64,000 bases of DNA from Nitrospinaceae bacterium. Its GTDB lineage: Bacteria > Nitrospinota > Nitrospinia > Nitrospinales > Nitrospinaceae. A program made the translations under genes and the position numbers. The stretch is taken from assembly GCA_965237905.1 (NCBI GenBank), contig OZ250172.1, forward strand, positions 2,912,001-2,976,000, read 5' to 3'. Below the pieces are notes generated by a model. That model saw only the letters and a list, made by a program, of their open reading frames with translations, was not told where the DNA came from and did not search any database. Below are positions 26,731 through 37,399 of this stretch, in pieces. Positions within the stretch are counted from its first letter, which is position 1. Every line of letters starts with the position of its first letter.

Positions 26731-28995
26731 TTAATGAAGGCGCACTCCATACCCGCTGGAAAAGGGGAGGCCGTGGGTGGGATTGAGCGGATCCAATAGA
26801 ATCAGCTTTTCTGGGCCGTTGATACCATCTTTAATGACCAGCCTTTCATCTTCCACTTGTATGAGCCGGTATACTGGGGAACCATAACCCATGTGCATTC
26901 CTATAAAACCGTTGTCTCCAAAATAAAGGCATTGGGCCTGCGCCCGGTCTTCCATCTGGAACAGATTGTGGTCGATGGGATTGGGCTCCCGTTGATCCAC
27001 AGTGGGAGCGAAATGGGCCTTGATGGAACGGTAAGCGTTCCTGATCTCCGGTAACGGGGTGTAGAGATAGGATCCGGGATCGGTAATGCGGTCGATTCCA
27101 TCGATTTGAAGTTCGATGGACAGTGCATCATTGTGCGCGTGACCGCCATTCCCATTTTGTCCTACAGGCCCACAACGAATCGATAAAAACATTTTAGGCG
27201 AAACCATCAGGTACAATCCAAAATCGGGAAAGCAGATATACTCCAAGTCGAATTTTAAGTTGTGTCCGTGGGCGGAAATTTCGTAGGTATGGCACTGTTG
27301 AGGAGAAAGTTCATCCAGTTTCTGCTTCCCTTCATTCCATGAAGAGTCGGTCCCGAAAGTGTGGTTATGTGTGTCAGATGTCGAAGCTTTTGCGTTAGAA
27401 GACGAAAACGTGTTTCCACCAGCCAGGTCACAAACGATCTGGGCTTCAATGTTCAACGGCTCCGAAGAATCGGCCTGCTGTCCGAACAAAGCGTCAATAG
27501 CTCGAATCAGGTGTGAATGATTCAAGTGATCTTCAATCCAATACTGGGTTATAGATTCAGACTCTGTGTAGTCGTGCAGATTTTGATACAACGCATGAAT
27601 TTCGTGCCATTCGGCCTTATGAAATTCCGGAAGCAGTTTTAAAAACCGTCCACTGTCATTATCTCCGATTTGTATGGCCTGTCCGTTGGGTTTCATGACG
27701 GCGCGGGTGAAGTCGGCTATCCGCCTCAGTTTTTCGAAATGAGTCGGGGGAAGCGGACTCGTTTGATCCAACCCTGGAACCGGGAAAAAGGGTAACGGTG
27801 CTTTTTCAAGTTTCGGTCCGGGAAATAATGAAATCGGAGGATAGAGTTTGAGAGCTTCCCGCTTGTTATCGGGAAGCCCCAGAATGAGAACTGTTCCGTA
27901 AAGCATCATTTCCGCGGAAAGCCGGTGGTAACTGGTCGAAGCTTCAAAATTGGAGCCATCGGGGTGAAATTGTTCTTCCATGGCGTGAATGAGTTCCTGA
28001 ACGGAAAAAGCCAGCCAGGTATCGGTTTCCGGGGATCGCGGCAAGTAAGCCGAGACGAATAGGAGACCCATGATATCTGCCAGATAATGGTTACTTCTCA
28101 AGGTCGGGTTCCACTCCAGATTTTGAATGATGTGAAGACCGTGATCATAGATGGAGTTCTTCAAAGCCTGCTCAAACTCCGGATCGAAAGAGACTCCCTG
28201 AGCTTTGAATAAATCATAGGCCACCAGCCAGTTGGATACCCGGATGCCGACGTCCATCGGACAATGCCAGTTCACACCGAACCGTGGGGGATTGGTCGCG
28301 ATAAAATCCAGAATCTGGTTTCTGAATTCGTTGGAATACGTTTCCGGGAGTTGTTCTCCTTCCGACCCTTGCGAGGCCAGACCGTAGGCGCGCGCCAATT
28401 GTGGGAGGTGCTGCATACGCGACAACTCCCAGGGAACTTTGATATCGACTCCAGGCAGAGGAGCCGGAGAGCAATAGGAAGAAGGTTTTTTCTCTTGCCA
28501 TCGATATCCGGACTTAAAATCAAGTTGCCAATCGATTGGGGTGTATTCGTGCGGAATCATTCTCCAGACTTTTCTGGAGTAGGTTTTGTTGGAAGCGTTA
28601 ACTCGGCGTTTCAGCCAGATTCCCTGAGGGTCTATTTTGTGAGCCGATCCCATCGAATATCGATAACTTTCCAAACCCCGGCAGTCCAACCCATGCCGTA
28701 TTTGGATCCACCCTGAGCCCAGAAGATCAAAGGTATGATTCAAGTAGAGATCGGCGAGGGACAACGTTTGCTCTGAATCGGCGGTTAGAGAATCCAGCGG
28801 CGGGTTTTTTAAGAGAGCACCAAGAGGAGCGGCTGTTCGTGAAAAATTTCGGGTATAGGTGGGACGCAAAAAATCCAGTTTTTGGACAATGCTCGATTGC
28901 CATTGACGGTGAACCAAACGCAGGCTTTTTTGCAGAATGATTCGAGGAGGTTGAGAGAGGATCGCTTTTATGATTTTTTTTAATCGCAAGGACAC
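26731..28995 (-). CDS. Heparinase II/III-family protein
   Basis: WQLDFKSG, DIKVPWELSR, NHYLA, EASTSYHR, IGDNDSG, GHAHND and DPGSYLY. Start approximate. Confidence 0.88.
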   Translation of the reverse strand: MSLRLKKIIKAILSQPPRIILQKSLRLVHRQWQSSIVQKLDFLRPTYTRNFSRTAAPLGALLKNPPLDSLTADSEQTLSLADLYLNHTFDLLGSGWIQIRHGLDCRGLESYRYSMGSAHKIDPQGIWLKRRVNASNKTYSRKVWRMIPHEYTPIDWQLDFKSGYRWQEKKPSSYCSPAPLPGVDIKVPWELSRMQHLPQLARAYGLASQGSEGEQLPETYSNEFRNQILDFIATNPPRFGVNWHCPMDVGIRVSNWLVAYDLFKAQGVSFDPEFEQALKNSIYDHGLHIIQNLEWNPTLRSNHYLADIMGLLFVSAYLPRSPETDTWLAFSVQELIHAMEEQFHPDGSNFEASTSYHRLSAEMMLYGTVLILGLPDNKREALKLYPPISLFPGPKLEKAPLPFFPVPGLDQTSPLPPTHFEKLRRIADFTRAVMKPNGQAIQIGDNDSGRFLKLLPEFHKAEWHEIHALYQNLHDYTESESITQYWIEDHLNHSHLIRAIDALFGQQADSSEPLNIEAQIVCDLAGGNTFSSSNAKASTSDTHNHTFGTDSSWNEGKQKLDELSPQQCHTYEISAHGHNLKFDLEYICFPDFGLYLMVSPKMFLSIRCGPVGQNGNGGHAHNDALSIELQIDGIDRITDPGSYLYTPLPEIRNAYRSIKAHFAPTVDQREPNPIDHNLFQMEDRAQAQCLYFGDNGFIGMHMGYGSPVYRLIQVEDERLVIKDGINGPEKLILLDPLNPTHGLPFSSGYGVRLH

Positions 28996-30590
28996 CGCTC
29001 CTTTAGTTTCTCGATAATTTTTCGCGTGTGTTCCTTCCAAGTGTATTTGGCGATTACTTCGTGTCGCGCGGCTTCACCCAGGCGCTTGCCTATTTCTGGA
29101 TTATCGATCATGGTTTTCAGGCCGTGCATCAAAGATTCTGCATCTCCAGGTTTAACCATCCAGGCAGTATGGTCGTGTTCGAGAACTTCGCCGATTTGAT
29201 CGAGGTCGGACGCGATAATGCCCTTGCCCATAGCCATGTATTCAAACAACTTGGTGGGTGACCCGAAGAAGGGGGTTCCATCAGAGTTGGGAACATGGGG
29301 CGAAGCCAGCAGATCACAAGCGGCCAAATATGCGGGCCCTTCCTCTTGGGGTACGACTCCGGTAAGAATGCATTCTTGTGTCACTCCATAAGTTTCCAAC
29401 TCTTGTTGCACTTGTGACATCGTGTGACCATTGCCTATCATTAATAGGCGGATATTATTGCGGTATTGAGGATGCTTTTGGATGAGTAAACCGAAAGCTT
29501 GTGCCAGAATCTCAGCACCATGCCATTTTCCAAAGGTGCCGATAAAACCGATCACCGTTTTATCTTCCAGATTAAGTTTACGGCGAATATCCGATCCGTC
29601 AACCTCAGGGAAATAGATTTCAGGGCTTACACCGTTGGGATTGACCAGGATTTTATCGCTTTCAATACCTCGTTCGATCAACTCGTCCCTGGAAGGGGCG
29701 CTGACTACGACCACCACATCGGCACCGCGCAAATTCAACATTTCAATTTGCCCGGCAATTTTTTCATATTTTAAAGCTTTGCCCCAAACTCGACTGACCC
29801 AGATTTCAGAGCCGTTGTACTCCAAAATGAATGGAATATTTCTGGAAAACGCCAGTTGCAGGCCTGAATAATTGTAAAGAGCGTACCGTTGGTAAACAAA
29901 CGATAAGGTTTTTTCTCTTAAAATGCGATTTGAATCGGATAATAATTGATTGTTGTAATACAGAAGTGGAAGTTCCAGGAAATCCAGGAAATGCCTTTTT
30001 GGAAGGATAGTATGTATTTCGATATTACTATTGATCTTCGAAAATGAGGTTGTGGTTAAAAAAATTGGAGGGGCTGTGAACGTCTCAAGGTTGTTCAGTA
30101 CGCCTACTGTATGGCCCACGGAACCCCCGGCTTTCAGTCCAAAGCAGTGGTCCGATCTCATATATACCGGTTGAGCCGACAAGTTAGATGCTGTGGTTTT
30201 GTTTTGAGTTTTGATTTTTTCCGAAATGCTATTTACCTCATCGATCGTTTTTTTGATAAGTGATGCCTTTGCCGAGAAATCTTTTGTGAACTTAAGAAAT
30301 ATTTGTGCAAAATGCGTGATGGACATGGGTAAATTTTTTCCCTGCTCATCCCGGATACGGCAATCTCCGAAAGTGAGCAGGCGGAGGGCAAGTGAAACAA
30401 GGAAAGGTTTTGTTGTGAAATCCCAATTGGAAGTATAGAGGCAGGCTTCCTTGTAGCGGAATAGATGCTTTATGATCGACCCGGTTCGTATCCATTGTCC
30501 CAATTCATGAATGGGGACCACTTGTGTATCGGCTGAATGCTCGGGTTTCTGATCAGCTTCCCGTAAGATTAAAATTTTTGAAAATTTCAT
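28980..30590 (-). CDS. GT4 glycosyltransferase with N-terminal extension
   Basis: NPNGV, GFIGTFGKWHG, SPTKLFEYMAMG and YTW. Confidence 0.9.
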   Translation of the reverse strand: MKFSKILILREADQKPEHSADTQVVPIHELGQWIRTGSIIKHLFRYKEACLYTSNWDFTTKPFLVSLALRLLTFGDCRIRDEQGKNLPMSITHFAQIFLKFTKDFSAKASLIKKTIDEVNSISEKIKTQNKTTASNLSAQPVYMRSDHCFGLKAGGSVGHTVGVLNNLETFTAPPIFLTTTSFSKINSNIEIHTILPKRHFLDFLELPLLYYNNQLLSDSNRILREKTLSFVYQRYALYNYSGLQLAFSRNIPFILEYNGSEIWVSRVWGKALKYEKIAGQIEMLNLRGADVVVVVSAPSRDELIERGIESDKILVNPNGVSPEIYFPEVDGSDIRRKLNLEDKTVIGFIGTFGKWHGAEILAQAFGLLIQKHPQYRNNIRLLMIGNGHTMSQVQQELETYGVTQECILTGVVPQEEGPAYLAACDLLASPHVPNSDGTPFFGSPTKLFEYMAMGKGIIASDLDQIGEVLEHDHTAWMVKPGDAESLMHGLKTMIDNPEIGKRLGEAARHEVIAKYTWKEHTRKIIEKLKERCPCD

Positions 30591-31909
30591 TGGCTTGCAG
30601 GTAAACCGGAACGAAGATATTTTCGAGTATAATAAAAATGGAAAATGATCAAGAGTAAAAAGCAAACAATGGAAGACATGGCAGCTCCCACAATCCCATA
30701 TTTTTCAATCCAATAAAAATTGAGGACAATATTGATTCCAAGAGTTGAGAAATTAAAAGGAATGGTAGTCCAGGGTACGTAAATGGAAGCGATGAAGGTG
30801 CTGAATATGGAATTGGCGGCCATCAGAAACTTGCAGATTATTAAAAATATAAAGGCAGGGACGCACCCTATAAAAGGTTTTCCATATAAAAGATGAATGA
30901 TGGGGTGTGCCAGAACAGCCACGCCAATGCATATAACCGCCATAATGATCAGCATAACGATCCCGGTATTTTTGGACAATTTCCATTTTTCCCCGATATG
31001 GGTAATTCCGCTTAACTTTGGAAACAAGAGGGTGGAAACAACCATAGGAAATAAATAAATCATATCAGACATATTGACGGCTATATCATAAAGCCCCACT
31101 TCCTTTTTGCCCAGTATCTGGTTGATCATAAGCATGTCTATCCTCAATAATAAAAACCCGACAAGACTGCCGAGGTATGCTTTGATTCCATAAGGAAGGT
31201 GTCTTCGGAAAAGGGATTTGGAAAGATGAACCGGGCGGGCGATGCGTTTGTTCAGTATATTGAAAGACCAGATAAAACAGACCAGCAGTGCCAGAAAAGA
31301 AGTAGCGAACAATGAACTTGGAGAAACCCAGCCTGACAGAACCACCGCAACAATCAGAATGATAGAAATGGCCTTGTTGTATATTTCCAGCTTATTAAAC
31401 GAGCGTATGTCCTGAATGCCCAGCACTAAGTTTTGATTGAGCAGATAAGCCAGTCCAAAAGGGATCCAGACGAGTGCTATAATCAGAAGCGGACCATGTA
31501 TGGGAGGGATTTCAGGGAAGGCATGAAAAATTAATCCGACGATAACCGCGCATAGTCCCCCCATGGAAAAACTGACTAGCAAGCTGTTTCCCATCAACGG
31601 GGAAAGCAGATTGGGGTCGCGAGCCACGTAATAAGTGTTAGAGGAGTGAAGGCCCAGGTTGGTAAATTGAACCCCCAGTATTCCAATGATCATGGCCAGG
31701 GCATAAAGCCCCCGCCCTTCAGGCCCCAGGGAACGGGCTACGATAATACTGGTCGCTAGACTGAATACAATCAGCAAAACCCGAGTCGAAAAGGTTTCCA
31801 GTACCTTTTGAATGAAATCGGAAGGAATGGCAATGTGGAAGCGGCTCAGAAATTTTGAGGTAACGCCGGGCAAAGAAGAGGAATGTTCCGAGTGGGGGTC
31901 AGGAGCCAT
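30587..31909 (-). CDS. Wzx-type oligosaccharide flippase
   Basis: ARSLGPEGRGLY, RIDML, VGLY and YGIVGAAM; many TM helices. Confidence 0.9.
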   Translation of the reverse strand: MAPDPHSEHSSSLPGVTSKFLSRFHIAIPSDFIQKVLETFSTRVLLIVFSLATSIIVARSLGPEGRGLYALAMIIGILGVQFTNLGLHSSNTYYVARDPNLLSPLMGNSLLVSFSMGGLCAVIVGLIFHAFPEIPPIHGPLLIIALVWIPFGLAYLLNQNLVLGIQDIRSFNKLEIYNKAISIILIVAVVLSGWVSPSSLFATSFLALLVCFIWSFNILNKRIARPVHLSKSLFRRHLPYGIKAYLGSLVGFLLLRIDMLMINQILGKKEVGLYDIAVNMSDMIYLFPMVVSTLLFPKLSGITHIGEKWKLSKNTGIVMLIIMAVICIGVAVLAHPIIHLLYGKPFIGCVPAFIFLIICKFLMAANSIFSTFIASIYVPWTTIPFNFSTLGINIVLNFYWIEKYGIVGAAMSSIVCFLLLIIFHFYYTRKYLRSGLPASQ

Positions 31910-32744
31910 GGGAACCTGCGTTCTGGGAAGCTTTACAGGCGACAAAAAAACTGGAGGCGCCCTGTGGGAAAATTGTTCCCAAAGCGCAATTGGCCCTGAT
32001 AAATAAGCTGACCCCATGAAAAAAAACGTTCATCAGTGGCCCGGATAGGAGAACGGAGCCGGTGGTTTCTTCAACTTGAAAATGGTTTTGTTTCAGTAAT
32101 TTTACAATCCCATTCAGACTGAACCGTTGCCGGTGTGGGGAATTTGATAAGGTTGAAGGATGGGGTGGATGTTTAACCCGCTCTTTTAAAAATAATTTTT
32201 TGAATTGGTAAATTACTTCCATTAAGCCGGTCTTTTCGAAGATGATTTTGAGGCCCAGCCTGTTCCAGATAAAAGAGTCCATTTCAAACCATCCAAATCC
32301 ATTGGGAACCGTCACAAACAGTTTCCCGCCTGGATTCAGTCTGCCGTGAATCATTTTTAAAATTTGATGTACTTCATTTTTATCCAGATGTTCCAGGACT
32401 TCAGACGCGATAATGGCGTCAAACTTTTTGTTCATGTCTTTCAAGTCCATGACATGCAGACGGTCAGGGTCGGCGCCTTCCTCCTTGAAAATATTGCGGC
32501 CGTATTCAATGCTTTGGGTGTCCAGATCCAATCCCTGAATATTGTAGCCGAGTTTAAAAAGAGGGAGGCATATCATAAATCCCGTGCCGCAGCCGAGTTC
32601 AAGGATGGAATCTTTTGGTGAGAGGTGGGAGACAAGCCAGGCCAGCCTCTTTGAAGAACCGTATACATTTTCCGGAACTAATTTTACAATCTCTAAACTC
32701 AAGTCATCCTCGGCTCGGTTTGCTGTTTGTGTGGAAGTATTCAA
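31899..32744 (-). CDS. Class I SAM methyltransferase
   Basis: ILELGCGTG, FDAIIASEVLEH and LNPGG..TVPN. Confidence 0.9.
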   Translation of the reverse strand: MNTSTQTANRAEDDLSLEIVKLVPENVYGSSKRLAWLVSHLSPKDSILELGCGTGFMICLPLFKLGYNIQGLDLDTQSIEYGRNIFKEEGADPDRLHVMDLKDMNKKFDAIIASEVLEHLDKNEVHQILKMIHGRLNPGGKLFVTVPNGFGWFEMDSFIWNRLGLKIIFEKTGLMEVIYQFKKLFLKERVKHPPHPSTLSNSPHRQRFSLNGIVKLLKQNHFQVEETTGSVLLSGPLMNVFFHGVSLFIRANCALGTIFPQGASSFFVACKASQNAGSHGS

Positions 32745-32787
32745 AATAAATTATGAATTAAAGACGAGTTTGGGAAATTTGGAATCA

Positions 32788-33552
32788 TTATTTTTTAGCA
32801 TTGATGGCAATAAAAAAAACCCAGGAAGAAGGAATGAAACGACGGATCCACTTGGGTAAGTTATTCAGTTCCGCTGGGGTGGTTATGGGGGTGCCTTCAA
32901 ACTCGCTAAAGGCTGAAAATAAACTTTTAAGTTCGGGGACCGTATAAGCTTTGGTTCCTATACTTTCCATATGATTCCAGATCACATTGGCAAAGCTCCT
33001 CCACGGCTTTCCCTGGCGCAGGGCGTAGCTGTACCATACTTTGAGGGTGAACAGAGAGTATCTCCCATACATCATCCCAATAAAGGTTCCTCCTTTTTTA
33101 AGTACCCGGTGAATTTCGGCGATAATTTTATCGGGATATTCAGAATGGTGGATCACGCCCCAGGAATAGACCATATCAAATGAGTTGTTCTCAAAGGGAA
33201 GAGTTTCGGCATCAACTCTCTGTAAATTGGAATGGAGTCCATATATCTCGAGCCGGTGCCGGGTGGTTCCAATGGCTTCATCCGTGAGATCCACTCCATA
33301 ACAGTCGAGCCCCGCCCTTGCCCATTGCAGATGGTCGGTTCCGGCCCCGACTCCGACTTCGAGCAGTTTTTTGCCGTGATGCCGTGTGAATTGTGCTACT
33401 GAGTGAATGAAGGGTTCAAGTTGATAGCGATGGTGTTCCACCTTTTCAAACCATTCACGGGAAAATCTTTCTGTTTCACCGACCACCTTTTTCTGGGTAC
33501 CGCAGGCTTCCTGTTCCCAATAGGACCTTACGTCATCATTCAGAGCCATCAA
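32788..33552 (-). CDS. Class I SAM methyltransferase
   Basis: LLEVGVGAGTD, LPFENNSFDMVYSWGVIHH and RVLKKGG. Confidence 0.92.
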   Translation of the reverse strand: MMALNDDVRSYWEQEACGTQKKVVGETERFSREWFEKVEHHRYQLEPFIHSVAQFTRHHGKKLLEVGVGAGTDHLQWARAGLDCYGVDLTDEAIGTTRHRLEIYGLHSNLQRVDAETLPFENNSFDMVYSWGVIHHSEYPDKIIAEIHRVLKKGGTFIGMMYGRYSLFTLKVWYSYALRQGKPWRSFANVIWNHMESIGTKAYTVPELKSLFSAFSEFEGTPITTPAELNNLPKWIRRFIPSSWVFFIAINAKK

Positions 33553-33902
33553 TTGTCTCCAATTTTAATCCGCAACATTCTTAATAGTATAAAGGTAGTT
33601 GACTTAATTGAAATATTTTTCACGCGAGAGAGCCAGAAGGGATTATTTTATAAAATACCATCAAACCCTCTAAAGGGTTCGCTTTACTTATTATAGATAT
33701 TTTAAGGGTAAATGAAGGGAAAGGTAAGAGGAATATTTTGACTCGATCGGATTATTTGCTCCAAGGCTCAGCTGAATGTCATCTTTTAAAATCTTAATTT
33801 TAAACAAGGATAAAAAAATACAGAGAATACTGTATTTAATCAAAGGAAAGTCCATTATAATAAGTTTATAATCGATAAACCTTCCGCTTATTGCCTCACA
33901 TA

Positions 33903-35420
33903 ATGGTCGATCGAACTAACTGGGAGATGAAATGGTTTAAAAGTGTATTTTTGATAGCGATCATTATCCTGCCCAATCTGTTTCCCCTCTATCAACTATT
34001 CCTTACAAAGGGCTATCTTTTTTATCAAAATGCCTTTGATGAATACAGCTACCTATCTTATGAAGCCGCTTCCTATGAGATGGGATTCTCAAGGTTCTCC
34101 AATCATCTGATTAAGTGGCTCCATGAATTGGGTTTTTCCTCTGGGTATATAAATTTTATATTCGATCTGGTCTGTCCAGGTGTAATCGCCTATTTCATTT
34201 TAAAAATTTTTATAATTCTAGGATTTGATAAAAACAGGTCCCTCTTGGCGGCAGTTTTGGTCATAATGATTCCCGTTTTGATTGGGGGATCAAACTCTTT
34301 TTATTCCAGAATACTTTATTCGACTCTTTCATCCGGATGGGTGTATTGGTTGGCAATGCCGGAAGCCTTTTATCCTCCATTTTACAGAACCCCCGAGCCG
34401 CAATTTTCGTACGTTTTGATGGTTTTGGCGATTTACTATTCCATTAAGCGAAAGACTTTTATCCCTCTTTATTTCGTAGCTCCATTTTTATATGGATTTT
34501 TAAGAGTGCCTTTCTTGTTTATCGTGTTCGCTTGTCATTTATCTGAAATTAATAAAAAACATAATTTCATCCGGATCAAATGTGCCAACTGGTTAATAGG
34601 CTTTATTTCTTATGCACTCGTATCAATGATGGTTGGACTGTATTATGAGTATGCATTAAAGGAAACTTTGAAGGCAGACTTTTTTCCTGCGACGAGACTT
34701 CCTATTTTCTCTGGAACTTTTGGAGTATGCCTGTTGATCTGGAAATTTTTGCCCCAGTATTCCAAGTGGGGGAATTCGGGTTTTTGTGCCTTCGTTGTGG
34801 CGGCGCCTTTGGCGGCGGCGAATACCCAGATTATTTCCGGTTTTATAGCGCAACCTATAAATTTTGAGCAAAATTTTGGAGTTATTTGTGTTTCCCTTTT
34901 GACGACTGTTTTTATTCTCTCCCTTAGGAAGCAAAAATGGATACTTCCGACTTTAAGCATTTTTGGAATTTTATTGGCAGTTATTTTTTCGATTCAAATT
35001 TTCCGTATCAATTCAAATCCAGTTTTGCTGGAAAAACCCCCAAAAAAATTGATTAAAGCACTGCATGAGGATTCGTTCAATGTGGTTTTTGAAAACAATG
35101 CTTTGGGGTCTACCATGAGCATGATATTACCCAAACAATCTTATACGGCTCTGGCGATTTCCCAAAGCTACGGTTTTGGAGCATCCAAATACTTTGGTAA
35201 ATACCTTTGTTTGAAAGAAAAAATCAAACAAGACCCTGAAAAATTTGAAAAATACAAGCCCGCTTTAATAGCTTTGGATGGTGGATATAAACACCTTCAC
35301 TCAGATTTTATTTTTATTCATCTTAATCGCCGTGATAATTTTCATGTATTTTTTGATGTGCATAGAAAACCGGAGAATTGTGATTCCAAGAAATTGTATT
35401 TTTATCCAGAGGACGATTGA
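33903..35420 (+). CDS. Polytopic membrane protein, possibly a GT-C-fold glycosyltransferase
   Basis: About 506 aa with many TM helices and FDE after the first TM. AT-rich, and on the opposite strand to the cluster. Confidence 0.7.
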   Translation: MVDRTNWEMKWFKSVFLIAIIILPNLFPLYQLFLTKGYLFYQNAFDEYSYLSYEAASYEMGFSRFSNHLIKWLHELGFSSGYINFIFDLVCPGVIAYFILKIFIILGFDKNRSLLAAVLVIMIPVLIGGSNSFYSRILYSTLSSGWVYWLAMPEAFYPPFYRTPEPQFSYVLMVLAIYYSIKRKTFIPLYFVAPFLYGFLRVPFLFIVFACHLSEINKKHNFIRIKCANWLIGFISYALVSMMVGLYYEYALKETLKADFFPATRLPIFSGTFGVCLLIWKFLPQYSKWGNSGFCAFVVAAPLAAANTQIISGFIAQPINFEQNFGVICVSLLTTVFILSLRKQKWILPTLSIFGILLAVIFSIQIFRINSNPVLLEKPPKKLIKALHEDSFNVVFENNALGSTMSMILPKQSYTALAISQSYGFGASKYFGKYLCLKEKIKQDPEKFEKYKPALIALDGGYKHLHSDFIFIHLNRRDNFHVFFDVHRKPENCDSKKLYFYPEDD

Positions 35421-35500
35421 CCGATAAGAATGGGATTTTATTGTATAGGTATTCTCTGAAGCTGAGGATAATGGAATAAGGACCTTTTTATTCTGTTGAT

Positions 35501-37399
35501 TCAATTAAAATATTTTTTCCACCAGAGAGCCAGATTGAACAGGTACCAAGCCAGAGGGGTATTTCGATTTTTCATGAGTTTTTCAACCGTTGAGAAATTG
35601 AGATAATCGGTTTTTTCCGTAAATTCTTTTAACTCATCCAGTACCTGTGGTCCCAGTCGGTCTAGAAACCATTCGTGGATTGGGACGCCGAATCCCTGCT
35701 TTTTGCGGTCGATCAACTCATCCGGTATCAGACCCCGAACCGATTTCTTGAGGATATGTTTCAAGTTGCCATTTTTTGTTTTGACCGATTCCGGAATGCT
35801 CATCGCCAGTTCGACAAATTTGTGGTCCAGGAAAGGCACCCGGGCTTCCAGGCTGACCCCCATACTCATTTTATCCACTCGCATCAACAGCAGTTCCGGA
35901 AGACGCATATTGAGGTCCAAGTAGCTCATCCATTGCAGTGGTTTTTGTTCCCAGGCTTTTTGACGGAAACGGTCATAAATCGGTTTTAGTGCTTCCCATG
36001 AAGAAAAATTCTGAAAGCGCTTTTTAAGGCGCGGGGAAAGGAGGTCTTGTTTTTGCGCCTCCGTAAAGGCCTCAGCGCCACCCCAGAACACCGGCAAATC
36101 ATTAGCTCCCCGCCGGAGCCATTCGTAATATAAAGTCTTTTCCCGGCCCAGCAGGCGCAGTCCCGCGAGACCGAATTTTTTGAGAGGGGAGGGAACCGGC
36201 CAGGCATTTTTGTATTGCAGTTCCAGCATCAGTTTCCAGTTGGGGTAACCCCAGAACAGTTCATCGGCCCCCTCGCCCACCTGGCAGACAGTCACCCCAT
36301 TGTCACGCGCCAGCTTTGAAACATAGTATACAGGGACGCATACGGGGTCGGCGATCGGTTCATCCTGTAGATGAATCATTTCCGGTAAAAAATCGATCAA
36401 GTCGTCCAGGGTGAGCAGGCGGTCATGATATTCGGCTCCCACTTCTTCGGCCATGCGCCGGGCAAAATGGATTTCGTTTTGATAGCTTTCGTATTCTCCC
36501 TGGTAGCCGATTGAAAAGGTACGGATGGGTTTGGATTCCCCCTCTGAAAACAAAGCCGCATTGGTGCTGGAATCGACACCTCCGGAAAGAAACACCCCAA
36601 CCGGCACATCGCTTACTTTTCGTAACTGGACCGCGGTTCGCAGTTCCTCCAGTATGCGTTCGCTGATTTCATCTTCGGACACATCCGTAAGAGGTTGGGT
36701 GTGATCCCATACATCCCAATACTTGTATTCCTTCACCGTTCCATCGGCGGTCACCCGTAACCAGGTACCGGGTGCCAGTTTTTGTATTCCATCGAACAGG
36801 GTTTGCGGGCCGGGCGTCGTCAAAAATGATAGATAATGGTAAAGTGCTTCCTCGTTCACCGCCCGTTGTTGCTCAGGATCTTCCAGTAAGGCCTTGATTT
36901 CTGACGCAAAGGTGAGCCGACCATGATGAATACTGTAATACAGCGGCTTGATGCCGATGCGGTCACGGACCAGATACAATTCCTTCTTACGATTGTCCCA
37001 CAGGCCGAAGGCGAACATGCCGCGGAATTTGTGAAGCGCATCGATCCCCCACTTTTCATAAGCATGGAGGATGACCTCGGTATCGGAGTGATCCGTTTTC
37101 CACTGATTAAAACCATCTTTTATTAATTCGGAACGAATCTCAGCGTGATTGTAAATTTCGCCGTTGAAGGTGAGCCATAACGACCGGTCCGCATTGCACA
37201 TGGGTTGTGCGGCGGCTTCAGATAAATCGATGATGGACAAGCGTCTATGGCCGAAGCCTACTTTGCCGTTATCGGAAATCCAAGTTCCACAACCATCGGG
37301 ACCGCGATGGATCATGGTGTCTCTCATCCGTTCGATATAGTCCCTTTTGATTTCAAAAGAGCTATTTTTAAACGCGATGGCGCCGACTATTCCGCACAT
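35501..37399 (-). CDS. asnB: Asparagine synthase-family glutamine amidotransferase
   Basis: MCGI, HRGPD, HRRLSIIDL, FNGEIYN, LSGGVDSS, GEGADELF and RVPFLD. Likely amidates polysaccharide given the context. Confidence 0.93.
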   Translation of the reverse strand: MCGIVGAIAFKNSSFEIKRDYIERMRDTMIHRGPDGCGTWISDNGKVGFGHRRLSIIDLSEAAAQPMCNADRSLWLTFNGEIYNHAEIRSELIKDGFNQWKTDHSDTEVILHAYEKWGIDALHKFRGMFAFGLWDNRKKELYLVRDRIGIKPLYYSIHHGRLTFASEIKALLEDPEQQRAVNEEALYHYLSFLTTPGPQTLFDGIQKLAPGTWLRVTADGTVKEYKYWDVWDHTQPLTDVSEDEISERILEELRTAVQLRKVSDVPVGVFLSGGVDSSTNAALFSEGESKPIRTFSIGYQGEYESYQNEIHFARRMAEEVGAEYHDRLLTLDDLIDFLPEMIHLQDEPIADPVCVPVYYVSKLARDNGVTVCQVGEGADELFWGYPNWKLMLELQYKNAWPVPSPLKKFGLAGLRLLGREKTLYYEWLRRGANDLPVFWGGAEAFTEAQKQDLLSPRLKKRFQNFSSWEALKPIYDRFRQKAWEQKPLQWMSYLDLNMRLPELLLMRVDKMSMGVSLEARVPFLDHKFVELAMSIPESVKTKNGNLKHILKKSVRGLIPDELIDRKKQGFGVPIHEWFLDRLGPQVLDELKEFTEKTDYLNFSTVEKLMKNRNTPLAWYLFNLALWWKKYFN

